Shown one piece after another: positions 39,728 to 53,693 of a DNA stretch of 64,000 nt (its first letter is position 1; the number at the start of each line of letters is the position of its first letter). A program made the position numbers and the translations under genes. Under the pieces are notes generated by a model. The model searched no databases. It had not been told where the DNA came from and worked only from the letters and a program-made list of their open reading frames with translations. Source of the DNA: the human T2T-CHM13v2.0 reference genome, Homo sapiens; the NCBI RefSeq assembly GCF_009914755.1, contig NC_060928.1, one strand, 5' to 3'.

Positions 39728-42089
39728 TTAATAATGTATGTCTCTGTGTTCCTAAAATTTTTATTTTAAAGTGCATGACACAATACATCATGAAATAATT
39801 CATAGACTACTTTCTTAAAATTTAAGTAGTTTAAGAAATCCAGGAAAATATTCTTTCCTATTATTTTTGCATAAATTATAGCATAAATGAATATCCACAT
39901 CCTACGTATATAATTAGTACCATGAAATACAACTTGCTATGTATAGTCCCTGCCACATGTTAGGAAAGTTTATGAGAATTGGGACCTCTCCACAGAAGAG
40001 TCATTCAACTTTAATAACTAGGGGAAATGTTGGAGTTAGGTAGTTGGTTAAAATGGAATCTTCACACAAAATGAGGTATCTGGTTGTCTTACCTTTAGTT
40101 ATTACTGTATATTAATCTTCATTTAATTCATCTGTAAATACATTTTCAAATTTGACCACCAGAGGGAAGTATAGGGTTAATTATGATAGTCTGTGGTGGT
40201 CTATGTTATAAAATGTAAACTTTTTTTAAGTTTGGGCTCTGTCTCTCCCTCTCCTTCCCTCCTTCCCTTCTTCTCTCTCTCCTGTATCTCTGCTCTCAAA
40301 TGACCATATTTTGCCATTTATAGATTCTTAAAAGCTGAACTATAAAAAAAGAAACCTATCTTCTATTTCCCATGCTATCAGTCTAATTGTCAATGTGATG
40401 TCTGCTTTTCAGTCATCGAGTTTTCATCACTCTTTTGCTTTATTATTATATTTGGCTTTTATAATTTCCTAGAAGTTGAAGACATCACAAAACAATTCAA
40501 TTTTTAGACTTATTTAAACAGAAGAGTCTGTTCTTGCCCTAGAATATTCAGGACGTAGAAGAAGGCTCACAGCCAGTGCTACCAACATTAATGAGTGCTG
40601 CTGAATAAATATTAAGCTAGAAGGCACATTTTTCTCTGACCTAAAAACAAAGACATCATCACTAAATGATTAGGCTGAATGGCCTCAGGTTTCTCTAAGA
40701 TGCTCTAGTAATTCTTTGGCTTCGTTAGACTTTTTAGGTCACAGAGACCTGGAACTATTTGCCCTGTTATTTTTGAAGACTTTTTGCAAGCACGAGGCAG
40801 AAATGTTTTCCCAATAGCCTACTATGTCAATCATTTGTTGTAATTGGATGTTCACTGAATATGGATTCTTACAGCATTTGCCATCACTTGTAGACTGAAT
40901 TGAGGAAGATGCGTTCCTATTTCCTGAGCACAGAATGATGTTTCACTACGGTAAAAGTTTGACATAAAGTGGGATAGCACATGAGCCTGTTGTTTATTTC
41001 AGCTCTGAAATGCCTAATGGAAAATCACTATGAGACAAATTCCACAAAAATAGGAAAATTGGACATGTCTAACATGCTCAAATCATAAGCTGAGATATTT
41101 TGCAGAATTTTTATTTCTCTCTATTTACACACTAAAGGTCATTTAGAATCCTGTCACCTCACTTACATCATCTTATGATGCTTCTTATTGAGGATCTCAA
41201 GTCTGAAATTCAAATATTATGTATGTGCTGTATTGGTAATAAAATCATCAACTTTAATATGGGAATGTGACATACTAAATATGAGGTCAGGAAATATATA
41301 AAACTAAATCTCACAATGTATTTTAATATATTTTGTGTATTTTATGAGGAGTAGAGAGATGGGAAAGCAACTTGGTATTGGACACTTTCATATGAGGGAT
41401 TTTTTTTGCAAACACCAAAGACTCTACATGCTGTACTATTTTATGTAAATATGTACCTTTTCTATGGCTATTGCAAAAATTCTAAATACCTAATCATTGC
41501 TTATCTTCGATGCTTTGTAAGACTGATTTACCTCCTGAAAAGATGATTCAAGATCATAAATAAAAGGAAGAAAATGTCATTTTCCTTAACCTTTATGTGA
41601 TTTTCCTGGGTTCTGCAGCCCCCGCTGTTTGACTTACTATTCATTCAGGCAAACTTTTCAGAAAAGGCTATGGGAAATCCAGCAGGGCCTAAATGGCCTA
41701 TTCTTATGCAATTTACTTGCCCATGATACAGAAAAGCACATCAACAAAAATGCATTCATATTGATCGAAGTTCAAAACTACGTTAAAAGAAAGTTCCTTA
41801 GAGAACAAGATGCTAGCTCTTTTTAATTTTTCATCGTTAATTTATATTCTCCATCCAAATTCTCTCTGGAATGGACATAGATTTTTAAAGTAGGTTTGTT
41901 TATTGTTTATCAGTAAAACAAGTTTGTTTTAAAAACAATGACAAAAACAAAAGTATAAAACTAAAAATTAAACACCACACTCATTCTCTTCCAATCTCTC
42001 TCAATTTCTATCTTTCTTACACACACACACATGCTTGGTCTTAGAGATTGTTTTCTATATTTTATTACTAAAATTAAAAATGCTTATAT

Positions 42090-43700
42090 ATTATATGTGT
42101 ATTGAAACATCACCATGTGCCCCATGAATATGCACAATATTTGTCAATTTAAAAAATAAAATAAATTAAATGCTGCCATTAATATCTTTGCATATATATT
42201 TTATACACGTGTATATATTTACAAGGTGACTTGTTAGAATTAAAATTGTTGTATCACAAAATGATACACATTTTAAATTTTGATAGTTATTGCCATAATG
42301 CCCTGCAAAAAGTTGTAACTAAATTTTTGTTCTGCTAACAGATTCTCCACACACTTGCTAAAATGATTTTTAAAAATTATTTCCCAAAGTGATGTGATTT
42401 AAATGGCTTCTGAGCACCTAAGTGTGTCTGTATGTTAATTTGTGATCAGAATCATCATTTCTTCCTATGTGTATCAGGTCCTTGTACTTCCTTTTTTTGT
42501 AACTTTTTGGGTCATCTCAATATTTTTTTCTAGGAAGTTCTGGAATGTATACTTACAATTTGTAAGATCTCTTTGTATATTAAGAAGAGTTATTCCTTTA
42601 CCTCTGATATGATTTTTTGTAAATATTCTCCCAGTTCGTTTTTTATTTTGGTTCTATTGATGGTTACCATGCATTTAGTTCTTATATGGTAAAATGTATC
42701 AAATGTTCCTTTTTAACAGACAGGTTTTGATCACACTCTCGAGATAATTATGTTTCTAATCTCTATTATTTTGTTCTAATACTTTTATTTTCATGTTTTA
42801 TATTTAAATATTTAATCCATGTGGAGTTAATTTTAGAATAAGGAATAAAAGTTTACCTTTATTATTTTTCCAAACTCCTATCAGTTAACCAAGCACCATT
42901 TATTGAATAACTCTGCTTTTCTTCAGTGTTGTAAAAAATGTTTTTAATGTATTTCAAATTATAATAGGTACTTGAATCAGTTTCTGGACTGTGTAATTTT
43001 TTGTGCTAAGATCATACAGTTATAAATATACTGTCTCTTTCTCTCTTTTTTTAAGAGGCGTCTTGCTCTGTCACCCCAATCTAAAGTACAGTGGCATTAC
43101 CATAGCTCACTGCAGCCTTGAACTCCTGGGCTCAAGTGATCCTCCTGCTCTACCTCCCAAGTAACTGGGACTGTAGGCACACACCACCACATATGGCTAA
43201 TTTTTATTTTAAGAGATTAGGGTCTCTCTTTGTTGCCAAGGCTGCTCTTGAACTTCTGGCCTCAAGCAATCACCTCAGCGTTCTGAGTAGCTAGGATTAC
43301 AGGTGCAAGCCACTGTATTCGGCTCCTACTGTGTCTTAATACTGTCTTAAAATTGTTTACCTCTTCCACTATCATTATTCTTCTATTTCAGGTTATTCTA
43401 GGCTATTACTTGTTTGCTTTTCCAGATGAATTTAAAATAAGACAATTAAAATTTCAAACAGACAAACATAAGAGCAACTGAACATCTGTTGGTTTTTTGA
43501 TAGGACAACATCTGAATTTGCAAATTTAACTTAGGGACAGCTGACATCTTTCAACTGCTGAGTCTTCCTATTCAAAAGTACGCAATATCGTTCCACATTT
43601 TTGTTAGTTTTTTCATTATACTACCACAGGGTTTTCTATTATATTATTACTATTATTTTAAAATACCAGTTCTTGATTTCATTTGTCAGTGCTACTGTTT
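42090..43700 (-). mobile_element. Old L1M fragments, interrupted by AluJ (43046-43324, -)
   Basis: aagcaccatttattgaataa and ttccagatgaattt L1 motifs; antisense AluJ; short + strand L1MA 3' end at ~42090-42168. Confidence 0.6.
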
Positions 43701-44534
43701 ATCTAATTTTTATATTTCTGTTTTAATCATTTCCTTTTTTACTGCATGTGAAAGGTTTTATTTAACTCCTTAGCTAATGAGGAAACCAGGAAGATCCAGT
43801 TGAAGGTGAGAATTCGAAGAATTAACATATATAGGCAAAGGAAAACTGATATAAATTTATAAATACCTTACCAGCAAAACTGATCAATAATCATCGGGCA
43901 ATAATCAACTACATCTCCACCAGATGCACTTTATTTGCATCTCTAAAGATAAGTATCATTTGTGTTAATATCAGTTTTCTGCAACTTACAGAGCTATAAA
44001 ACAGCTCAAAGACCATGAAAGGCACAGGCCCCAACAGAATCAGATAAACTGCAGAGTGCACTAGAAAAGACACCCAACATCATCTCTTTTTCTTTCCATT
44101 TCAAAGTCGTATACAAATTTTTCTAACAGAAATATGGGGTTATTTTCTAAGGTAATATATTTAAAATAGTCATCGCAGTTCTTGGCACATCGTGGTTGAT
44201 GCTAAAAAATCCTCTTCCCTGTCTTTCAGTCTAATGATGTCACAGGAAGAGAGATGTCCTTCATGCAAATGAGTTGGAAAAGTGTGTAAAATAGGCTGTA
44301 GGGCTCAGAGGTGAGAATATTCACAGCTGGCAGGGAAGGTCTTCCTGGTAAAAGGGATCTGGTCACCTCAATCCTATCTCTTTTGCTTGCAACACTTATC
44401 CCAGAGAAAATCCTGAAGTTCCAATACCCATACCAACATTTCTCTGTCATTTTACAGCATATACATCATGACCACTTCGGTATCTCTTTTGATACTTGAG
44501 ACTCAGTACTGTAATTACTCCCATTTTTTGAAAG

Positions 44535-47500
44535 ACGATTTTTTAGAGCAGTTTTAGGTTCACAGCAAAATTGAACAGAAGGTACAGAGATTTCCCATAT
44601 ACTTTCATCCTCACATATGTGTAGCCTCCTCCTTTGTCAACATCTCTCACCAGAGTGTTACATTTGTTACAATTGGTGAACCTACATTACCAAATCCTAA
44701 TCCCCCAAAGTCCATAGTTTACATTAGGGTTCACTCTTAGATGTGGTACATTGTATACGTTTGGGCAAAGTTATAATGACATGTATCCACCATTATACAG
44801 AGAGTAGTTTCACTGCCCTAAAAATCCTCTGTGCTCTGCCTATTCATCCCCTCCCCCACCACACACCCTCTCACCCCGGGAAACCACCCATCACTATCTT
44901 GTTTTAGCTTTGTTTTTTCCAGAATGTCATATCATTGGAATCAAATAGTATGTAGCCTTTGCAGATTGCCTTTTTTCACTTGGTAATATGCATTTAAGTT
45001 TTCTCCATGTCTTTTTAGGGCTTGATAGCTCTTTTTATAAGTGCTGAATAATATCCCATTATACCACAGTTTATCCACTCACTTATTAAAGGACATTTTT
45101 GGCAATTATGAATACATCTGCAATACACATCCACGTGCAGGTTTTTGTGTGAACATAAGTTTTCAACTCATTTGGGTAAATATCATATAGTGTGATTGCT
45201 AGATCGCATGGTAAGAGTATGTTTAGTACTGTAAGAAACTGCCAAACTGTCTTCCAAAGTGGCTGTTCCATTTTGCATTCCCACCAGCAATGAATGAGAG
45301 TTCCTGTTACTCCACATCCTCACCGGTATCTAGTGTTGTCAGTGTTGTGGATTTTGGCCATTTTAATAGGTGTGTGGTGATATATCACATTGCTGTCTTT
45401 ATTTGCTTCTCCCTGATAACATTTGCTGTGGAGCATCTTTTCATATACTAATTTGCAGTCTGTATATCTTATTTGGTGAGGTGTTTGTTCAGGTGTTTGG
45501 CCCCTATTTTAATTGTGTCGTTTGTTTTCTTCTTGAGTTTTAATATTTCTTTATATACTTTGGATAGCCATTCTTTGTCAATTATGTCCATTGCAAATAT
45601 TCTTCCAGTCTTTGATTTGTCCTTTCATTCTCTTGACAATGTATTTTGCAAAATTTTGCAGACATTTTTAATTATAATAAAGTCCAGCTTGTCAATTGTT
45701 CCTTTCGTGGTTCATACCTTTGGTGTTGTTTCTAAAAAGTCATCACCAAATGCTAGGTCATTTGGATTTCTCCTATTTTATCTGCTAGGAGCTTTAGTTT
45801 TGCATTTTACATTCACAAAATAGTCTATGATCCATTTTGAGTTAATATTTGTGAAGGGTAAGGTCTGTGTCTAGATTCAATTATTTTATGGATATCTAGT
45901 TGTTCCAGCACAATTTGTTGAAAAGATGATCTTTTCACCATGGTATTGACTTTGTTCCTTTGTCAAAGATCATTGGACTACATTTAAGTGGGTCTATTTG
46001 GGGGCTCTCTATTCTGTCCCATTGATCTATTTGCTTACTATTTTGCCAGTACCACACTGTCTTGATTACTATAGCTTTCTAGTAAGTCTTGATGTAAGGT
46101 AGTGTCAGTCCTCCAACTTTGTTCTTTCCTTCTTTATTGCATTGACTATTCTGGGTCTTTTGCTTCTCCATATAAACTTTAGAATCCATTTGTCAGTATC
46201 CACAAAATAAATTGCTGGGATTTGGGCTGGGACTGCATTGAATCTATAGATCAAGTTAAGAACTGACACCTTAATATTATTGATCTTCCTACTGATGAAC
46301 ATGGAATATCTCTTATTTATTTGATTTTTATTTCTTCAGAGTTTTGTAGTTTTCCTCATATAGATTTTATACATATTTTGTTAGATTTATAGCTAAGTAT
46401 TTCACTTTCTGGGGCATGGGGGAAGGTGCTAATATAAATTTTATTGTTTTATAATTTCAAATTCCACTTGTTTATTGCTGGTATATAGGAAAGTGATTGA
46501 CTTTTGAATATTGATTTTTATATCCTGCAACCTTGCTATAATCACTTATTAATTCCAGGAGTTTGTTTTTGTTGATTCTTTTAGATTTTCTGCATAGGTG
46601 ATCATATCATTTGCAAACAAAGACAGTTTTATTTCTTCCTTCCTAATCAGCATACTATTTATTTCCTTGTCTTGTGTTATTTCATTAGCTAGACCTTCCC
46701 ACAGGTCTAGCTTTGTTGAAAAGCAGTGCTGAAAAATGATATCTTTGTTCCTGATCTCAGCAGAAAAATTTGTTTCTCTTGACTATTATGTGAGCTGTAG
46801 GGTTTCGTGAATATTCTTTATCAAGTTTATGAAGCTCCCCTTGATTCCTAGCTTACTGAGAGTTTTTATCATGAATGGGTTTTGGATTTTGTCAAATTCT
46901 TTCATCTATTGATATGATTTTGTGATTTTTCTCTTTTAGCCTGTCAATGTGATAGATTACATTAATTGATTTTCATGGGTTGAACCAGCCTTGCATATCT
47001 GGAATAAATCCCACTTAGTTGTGGTATGTAATTCTTTTTATACATTGTTGGATTCAATTTGTTAACATTGTGTTGAGGATTATTGCATCTATGTTCATGA
47101 GAGATATTGACCTGTAATTTTCTGTTCTTGTAATTTCTTCTTCAGATTTTGGTATTAGGGTAATGCTGGGCTCATAGAATGAGTTAAGAACTATTCCTCC
47201 TGCTTCTATATTCTAAAAGAGATTGTAGAGAATTGGTATGATTTCTACCTTAAATGTTTGGTAAAATTCACGAGTGTTTTCTCTTAGGCCTGGTGCTTTC
47301 TGTTTTGGAAAGTTATTATTTATTAATTCAATTTCTTTAATATATATACAGGCCTATTCAGGCCTATTAAATACATATACAACATTCAAATATATCAAAT
47401 AGATATTCAAATATTCATATCTATTTCTTCTTGTGTGAGTTGTGGCAGATTATATCTTTCAGGGAATTAGCTATTTCATCTAGGTTATCAAATTTGTGGT

Positions 47501-47700
47501 CATAAGAGTTGTTCATATTATAATCCTTGGTATCCTTGTAATGTCTATAGGCTCTGGAATTATGTCCTCTCTTTTATTTTTAATATTGTGTCCTCTTTTT
47601 CATAATTAACATGGCTAGCCACCTATCAATATTATTGATCTTTCAAAGAACCAACTTTTTCATTGATTTTCTCTATTGGTCTTGGGACTTCTTTTTTTAT
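44535..47700 (-). mobile_element. L1MC/L1MB-type LINE, 3'UTR plus ORF2 relic (~3.2 kb)
   Basis: 3' end ttttagagcagttttaggttcacagcaaaattg; ORFs 45086-45271 (QPLWKTVWQFL) and 46105-46302 (LIYRFNAVP...LKFIW) are L1 ORF2p pieces. Confidence 0.85.
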
Positions 47701-49299
47701 TTTTCATCTACCTGGATTAAGTACTTAATTCAATATTCCATATTTTAGTAAATGTGAGTACTTAGAGCTATTAATTTTTCTACAAATATAGTTTTAGACA
47801 AGTTATTAGTTTTGGTGTATAGAGTTTGTTTCATTTTCTAGATATTCTGCATTGTTAGTTTTAATATCCTGCTTTACACAGGAATAATTAAGATAGCATT
47901 AAAAAAATTCCAGGTGGCTGGAGATTTTAAATTTTTACTTTTGTAATTTCTATTTTTCATATAATTAATATATTTTTATTTATTTAAATGTATTGAAACA
48001 GCTTTTGTGCACTAAGATAAATTTCTACAAATGTTTAATGGAAGCTTAGAAGTAAGGTTATATTAAGTGTTCTTAGATTATTAAACTTAGGACATATCTT
48101 TTAACTTTGTTCATTGTCTTTTTCACATGCTTTAAACCAAACTTTTTTCAATTTCATCTGTCAGTTAATATTTCCTGAATTTTTAAATTTGCTTTTGTAT
48201 TCCCTGTAGGTTTGCTTCTTGAATTTTTATATTGTATTACTTATTCTAGAAAGATTCATCCCAATTAGATCTTCAATACAGAGGCTAAATTATGCTACAT
48301 TATCAAGTAATCCCAGAATCACAGCAGTTTACTCAAAAAGTCCATGTGTTCCTTAGGTTACATGTCCTTTGAGGTTTAGTTACACCTTGTTCCACATCTT
48401 CATTCTGGGACCAATGTTGAGGGAGCAACTTTCATTTGACACATTCTATTCTTAAGGTAGAGGGAAAAGAGAGAAGGCAGAACCATGTGATAATGCTTGA
48501 AATGTCTGTTCTAAAGAGGCACCATTATTTCCACTCATTTTTCTTTCACGGATCAATGCAAGTGTGGTTGTCAACCCTGACATCAGTGGGGTAAAACATA
48601 TATTTATTCTGCAGGGACAGGTGAGTAGAGAGGTACCTGGTGGGAAACAGTCCAATAAAGAGGCACAACAACTGTTTTGCCTTTTATACATAATTAAAAG
48701 GACAAAAACAGCTGTCTTTTTTAGCAGATGTGAGCTCCCTCTAGAGACTCCTAGAAAAAGTGTGTCAGTGAATTTTAAAAGATCAGGACGAGCATTTCTC
48801 TGGAATACCATCCATCAGAGCCAAAGAGATCCTGTTTATATGATTGGCCTAGGGGAATGCTGAATATACTGAGCTAAGTCCATGTGAAGACTGTGTCCAT
48901 CTTCCCTACTTTCATAAAGGATGACTTATTCTTAGGGTGACTATATTCTTTATCACATGGACTGGGATACTCTTGAGAACAAAGGGGAGTACTCTTGATA
49001 ATTATATTGGACCAACAAGTAAGCCTTAGCTGATCAGGACCTATAGTCACTCTACTTATATGTCAATTCCATAGATTGTAATAATTTTTTTATATTTTAA
49101 TGTATTGATTCCCAGGCATGGGGTACCTTTATCGGACTCATCAAAATTCTAGAGAGCTGTTACAAGTACAGCTTCCATGGACCTTATCTATAGAATTAAA
49201 ATCTCCAGGAATATTTGTGGCAGAGTGCATTAACATCAAAGCATTCAATGTTCCTCCATACCAATCACCTCCACTTCTGGCCACTCCTGCAGGAATTTT

Positions 49300-50245
49300 G
49301 TCCTTCCTACCCCACTATGAAGTTTAGCCATATGACTTGCTTTGATTGATGGAACGTAAATAGAGTGAAGTCTAGTCATAGCATAAACTATACGAGCCAT
49401 TATGGGTTCCCCTTGTCTCTGTTTTCCCTCCACCAGGAAGATCAGCAATGTTTTTGATAAGGGCTACTCCTTTAGCCTTGGTCCTTGGGGCTCAGAAAAT
49501 GATACCCCAAAATGAAGGACTCAGAGGCAAAGTTTCTTTCTCATCCTCCCCTGCCTTTCCATCTCTCACCCTTCCTTCTCCCCTGAGGCAAGCCATGGAA
49601 ACTAGAATTCCTCTTCACCAAGACAGGTCATAGAAACCAGAACCCCTTTTCCCCAAAGCCAGCCATAAAAATTGGAGTAAAGGTTTCAGTAAAAATATTA
49701 CTCCAACCTTTCCCAACCTTTCTGTGTAAAAGCTGGCCATAAAGAAATTAAATCCCTTATTCCTGAGGGGTCCCACCCCATACCAGGAAGGAAGAAATGC
49801 TGCACAAAGAGACCAAGAAGAATCTAAACAGGCGGGCCTTGCCGAATTTCCCCACTTTGTCTCTTCACGTTAGATTGTACCCCTGTGTTCAGTCGCATTT
49901 CTACACAACTGTCCATACTTCTTTGAAACTAAGCATAAAAATAGATAGTTTTCCCTGTATCTTTGGGTCTTCATTCTGAAGGCTCCTGTGTCAATGCAAA
50001 GCTATACTCCAATAAATTTGTCATGCTTTTTTTTGTTAACCTGCCTTTTGTTACAGAGGTGTTCGCCGTGACCGTTACAATGAAGAGGAAAGAGATCATC
50101 CCCTTTCTACTCCTACATCCCCAAGTGAAGAGGACATGGAGTACAGCCACAGCCACACTTAAAGGGCATGTAACATGAACAAAAATAAATGTTTGTTGTA
50201 AGCAATTACAATTCATGATGCATTTATTTCTATATAATAACCTGG
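49300..50245 (+). mobile_element. Old MLT1 LTR interrupted by a MER39B-like LTR (~49485-50117)
   Basis: ttggggctcagaaaatgataccccaaa ... ctcctaca LTR; MLT1 motifs on both sides (tgacttgctttg; aataaatgtttgttgtaagc). Confidence 0.65.
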
Positions 50246-50808
50246 TAGGATATGTCTGTATGTGATTTGAAAATCCTAAGCAGATTAATTTTTATGATTG
50301 ATTTATTTTATTCAATACTTAATTCATTTTTTAACCTAAGTATCTTATGCAGGACATAGTATAGATTATATGTTCAATAAATAGTTATGGAATGTTTTCT
50401 TTTATCTGATTAGTCATATTTATAGTAGATTCACTATTCACTATTTAGATTCACTATTTATCAATAACCTGCACTCAATAGTTTTGGTGCATTCTTCTAA
50501 TTCTGTTTATTTGTTTCCTGATAATAGAAGTATCACATGCATTCTATAGATAATTTGAAAGTATAAATGAGTATTAAAAAGAAAGCAACCACATATCATC
50601 CCCCAAACTGAGATTATCATTATTAACATTTTAGTTTATTTTCAAGCATTTCCTAAGTATATTTTAGTTATTTAATGATATTATACAGTATTCAATATAT
50701 CTTTTATTTTTATAGAAGTATTTTCTGTATTATAAAACATGCTACAAAATGTTTTGATGGATATACAGCATTTCAATATATCAAAGTCATAATTGCCCTA
50801 ATCCTTTC

Positions 50809-51295
50809 TGATATCATTTGCATCTGTGTCCCCAGCAAATCTTACACTCAATTGTAATCCCCCATGTTGGAGGGGGACCTGGTAGGAGGGGATTGGATCA
50901 TGGGGGCAGAGTTCTAGTGAATGACTTAGCACCATCCCTGCTTGGTACTACATACAATATCATTCTATCACTTTTAAAGTGTGCTGTGAGACCTCACACT
51001 TTTAAAAGTTGTTTAAAAGTATGTAGCACCTCCCACTTCTCTCTCTTGCTCCTGCTCCAGCCATGTCAGATGGGTCTGCTTCCACTTCGCCTTTGGCCAT
51101 CAGTAAAAGCTCCCTGAGGCTCCCCAGAAGCAGATGCTGCTGTGGTTCTTGTACAGCCTGCAGAACCATGAACCAAGTAAACCTTTCTTCTTTATGAATT
51201 ACCCAGTCTCAGGTATTTCTTTTTTTCTTCTGCACAAATTAACCTTAGCAGCTTAAGGTGTTTATTTATAGCAATGTGAGAGCAGAGTAACGCAC
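50809..51295 (+). mobile_element. MST (MaLR) LTR
   Basis: tgatatcatttgcatctgtgtcccc...ttgtaatcccc...cagcctgcagaaccatga...aattacccagtctcaggtatttc. Confidence 0.85.
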
Positions 51296-51864
51296 TTTCC
51301 CAATCATAAGACACTTAGATTGTTTCCAATCATCACGATCTATAATGCTGTCATGAGTACCTTTGTACTAAATCTTGTAAGCATCTCTAATTCTTTTCTT
51401 ATATTAGAGTTTTGAAAGATGAACTACAGAGTCAAAGAATACAAACAATTTTAAGACTTTTAATATGTATTGTCGAGTTGATTTACGGTTAAGTTTTACC
51501 AACTTAAACACCCACAAGCACTTGCTTCACTGCACGGTCATCAGCATTGTAGCTGGTAATTATTTTAATCTTTCCAGTTGGAAAAGCAAAACTAATCTCA
51601 TTGCTGTAATTTCCATGTCTAATGAGATTCAACATTTTCTTATGCTTATTAGCCATTTTCTGTTCATATGCTTCACGTTGCCATAATCTTAATATAATTT
51701 GTTCATAAGGAGTTTTAGTCAAAGCTCCTACCAACTTACCAATGAACTTTCAAAACGTATCTCATTTGAAAGTTAGAAGCTAATTATACTAGTTATATGT
51801 TGGGATGAAAGTAGAGAAGCCTAGTACCAAATCTGCTGTCAGAACCTTATACAAAGTTGGAAGT

Positions 51865-52036
51865 GTTCTGTACCATCAAATATGGTAGTCCCTAGCCACA
51901 CGTGACTATTGAGCACTGAAATTGTGGCCACTGTGACTGAGGAACTGAATTTTTAAATTTTATTCCATTTTAGTTCATATAAACTTTATTTTTCAGAGCC
52001 ATGTGTGGCCAGTGGTTACCATATTAGACAGCACAG
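51865..52036. mobile_element. MER3/MER33-like hAT MITE
   Basis: atatggtagtccctagccacacgtgactattgagcac...actgaggaactgaattttta...ttagacagcacag. Confidence 0.65.
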
Positions 52037-52569
52037 CTCCAAGCAATTTATCTATTTCAGGAAATGGGAGAGCCTGGGCTTCATTCCTGGCCTACTAAAT
52101 CCATAAGCAAGAGGAAAAAAACAACACAATCAAGGGACAAACTACATCGTGTGAGGCCAGCTCAGGGTACGTATAGGATATACTCAACATGTCTTTGTTA
52201 TTTTTTAATTGCTGTGACCATATCAACCTGGCACATTCACTATAACAGTAATGAACATTTTGAATGCTTACAATTGTGCCAGGGTGTGTCTCAAATGCTT
52301 TTCTCTTATTAATACAATCTTCACAATAAGCCTATGACATAGCTACTTTCATTTTCTCCATTTTACAGATTAAAAATTGAGGCACAAAAAGGTAAGTTGC
52401 CTAGGCACATATAGCTAATAAAGCCCGGAGCCAGCTAGTCTGGCTCCAAAATCTATGCTCTTACCCATGTATTGCTCTTGGCATATAGGCATTATGGATA
52501 CATAATATCTATTGTACTTAATAAAATCAAATATGCTATTGCCCAAAATGCCTTTAATAAAGGGCAAAC

Positions 52570-52772
52570 CAACTCTGTCTCTCCAAAAAATTTTTAAAAT
52601 TAGCCTGGCATGATGGCACACACCTATAGTCTCAGCTACTCAGGAGGCTGAGACAGGAGGATCGCATGAGCCCAGGAGGTCAAGGCTACAGTAAGTCATG
52701 ACTGTGCCACTGCACTCTAGCCTAGGGGACAGAGCCAGACCCTGTCTCAAAAAAACAAAAAAAGAGAAAGAA
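52570..52772 (+). mobile_element. AluJ right arm (preceded by an antisense MIR at ~52240-52480)
   Basis: aaaattagcctggcatgatggc...gagcccaggaggtcaaggct...A-tail. Confidence 0.85.
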
Positions 52773-53420
52773 AGTCAACCCACACATGAATAGAACTAGC
52801 AATTAGATCATTCGCTACAGCATTTTTCTTCACAGAACATAAGTCTAAAAGACTGACTGACAGCTTTTTACAAAGAATTGCCTTTAACTTCTACTGGGTG
52901 AGGCAAATAGCAGCAGTGCTTTGTGGTATCTGTCCTGCTCAAGCAGTTTTTCTCTGCAGGATTTATGAAAGTTGTGTTTGATAAATATTTCAAAGCTTTG
53001 CTCTCAGGGGATTGTTTTATTAAGGCTATGTCACTTTCTCATGTGAAATGTGTGTTTAGTGATTAGAATATATTGACTGACCCTTTTACTCTATAGTTTT
53101 CCAAAGCACAAAACTAATCTGCACAAACTTGACTCAACATGAAGCCAATCACAAGGCAAATCAAAAGTTCTCAAATGGGGATCAAACTTCTTTGGAGTAG
53201 AAAAAATATTTGAAAAGAGAACTGTTTCTTTAATATATAATTCCAAAAGCAGTACTGCTAACATTTTAAACACTTAAAAGATTTACAAAAAGAAAAAGAA
53301 AAATTAAGTGTCGGGGAAATCGATTAATAGCACTTATTTGCAGACACCTTGTTTCACTGTAAGTACATCTTCCTTTAGCAGTAGGGCTGCCTACGCTGCA
53401 TGTTCTGCGTTCATCTGTAT

Positions 53421-53693
53421 TAGGCAAAAACCTTGAACTACTGCATGTTGTGGTGATGTTTCAAACTCCTAAGGAACTAACTAGTGAGAAAGCAAATGAT
53501 CCTTGGACTCAATTTAGAATGTTGCTTTGATGATGTACTAAATCTTACTGTTCTCTGTCTTTGACATGAAAAAGTTACAGCTGAGGATTTGGTTGAACTC
53601 TGGAAGCATCATTATTAGAACTAATACAAGGCACCGTGCAGACAGTCATGTTCAAGATCTTGAACACTACTATAATTTGCAGTGTAGTTAATG
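53421..53693 (+). repeat. Local duplication, donor copy
   Basis: Aligns end to end with 55200-55458 (shared aggaactaactagtgagaa, gcaaatgatccttggactcaatttagaatgtt, ttctctgtctttgacatgaaaaagttacagctgaggat). Confidence 0.92.

Noticed and set aside
48452-48863. 119-aa and 99-aa overlapping ORFs
   Set aside because: Partly overlap MLT1-like sequence, have non-ATG starts and no recognisable domain
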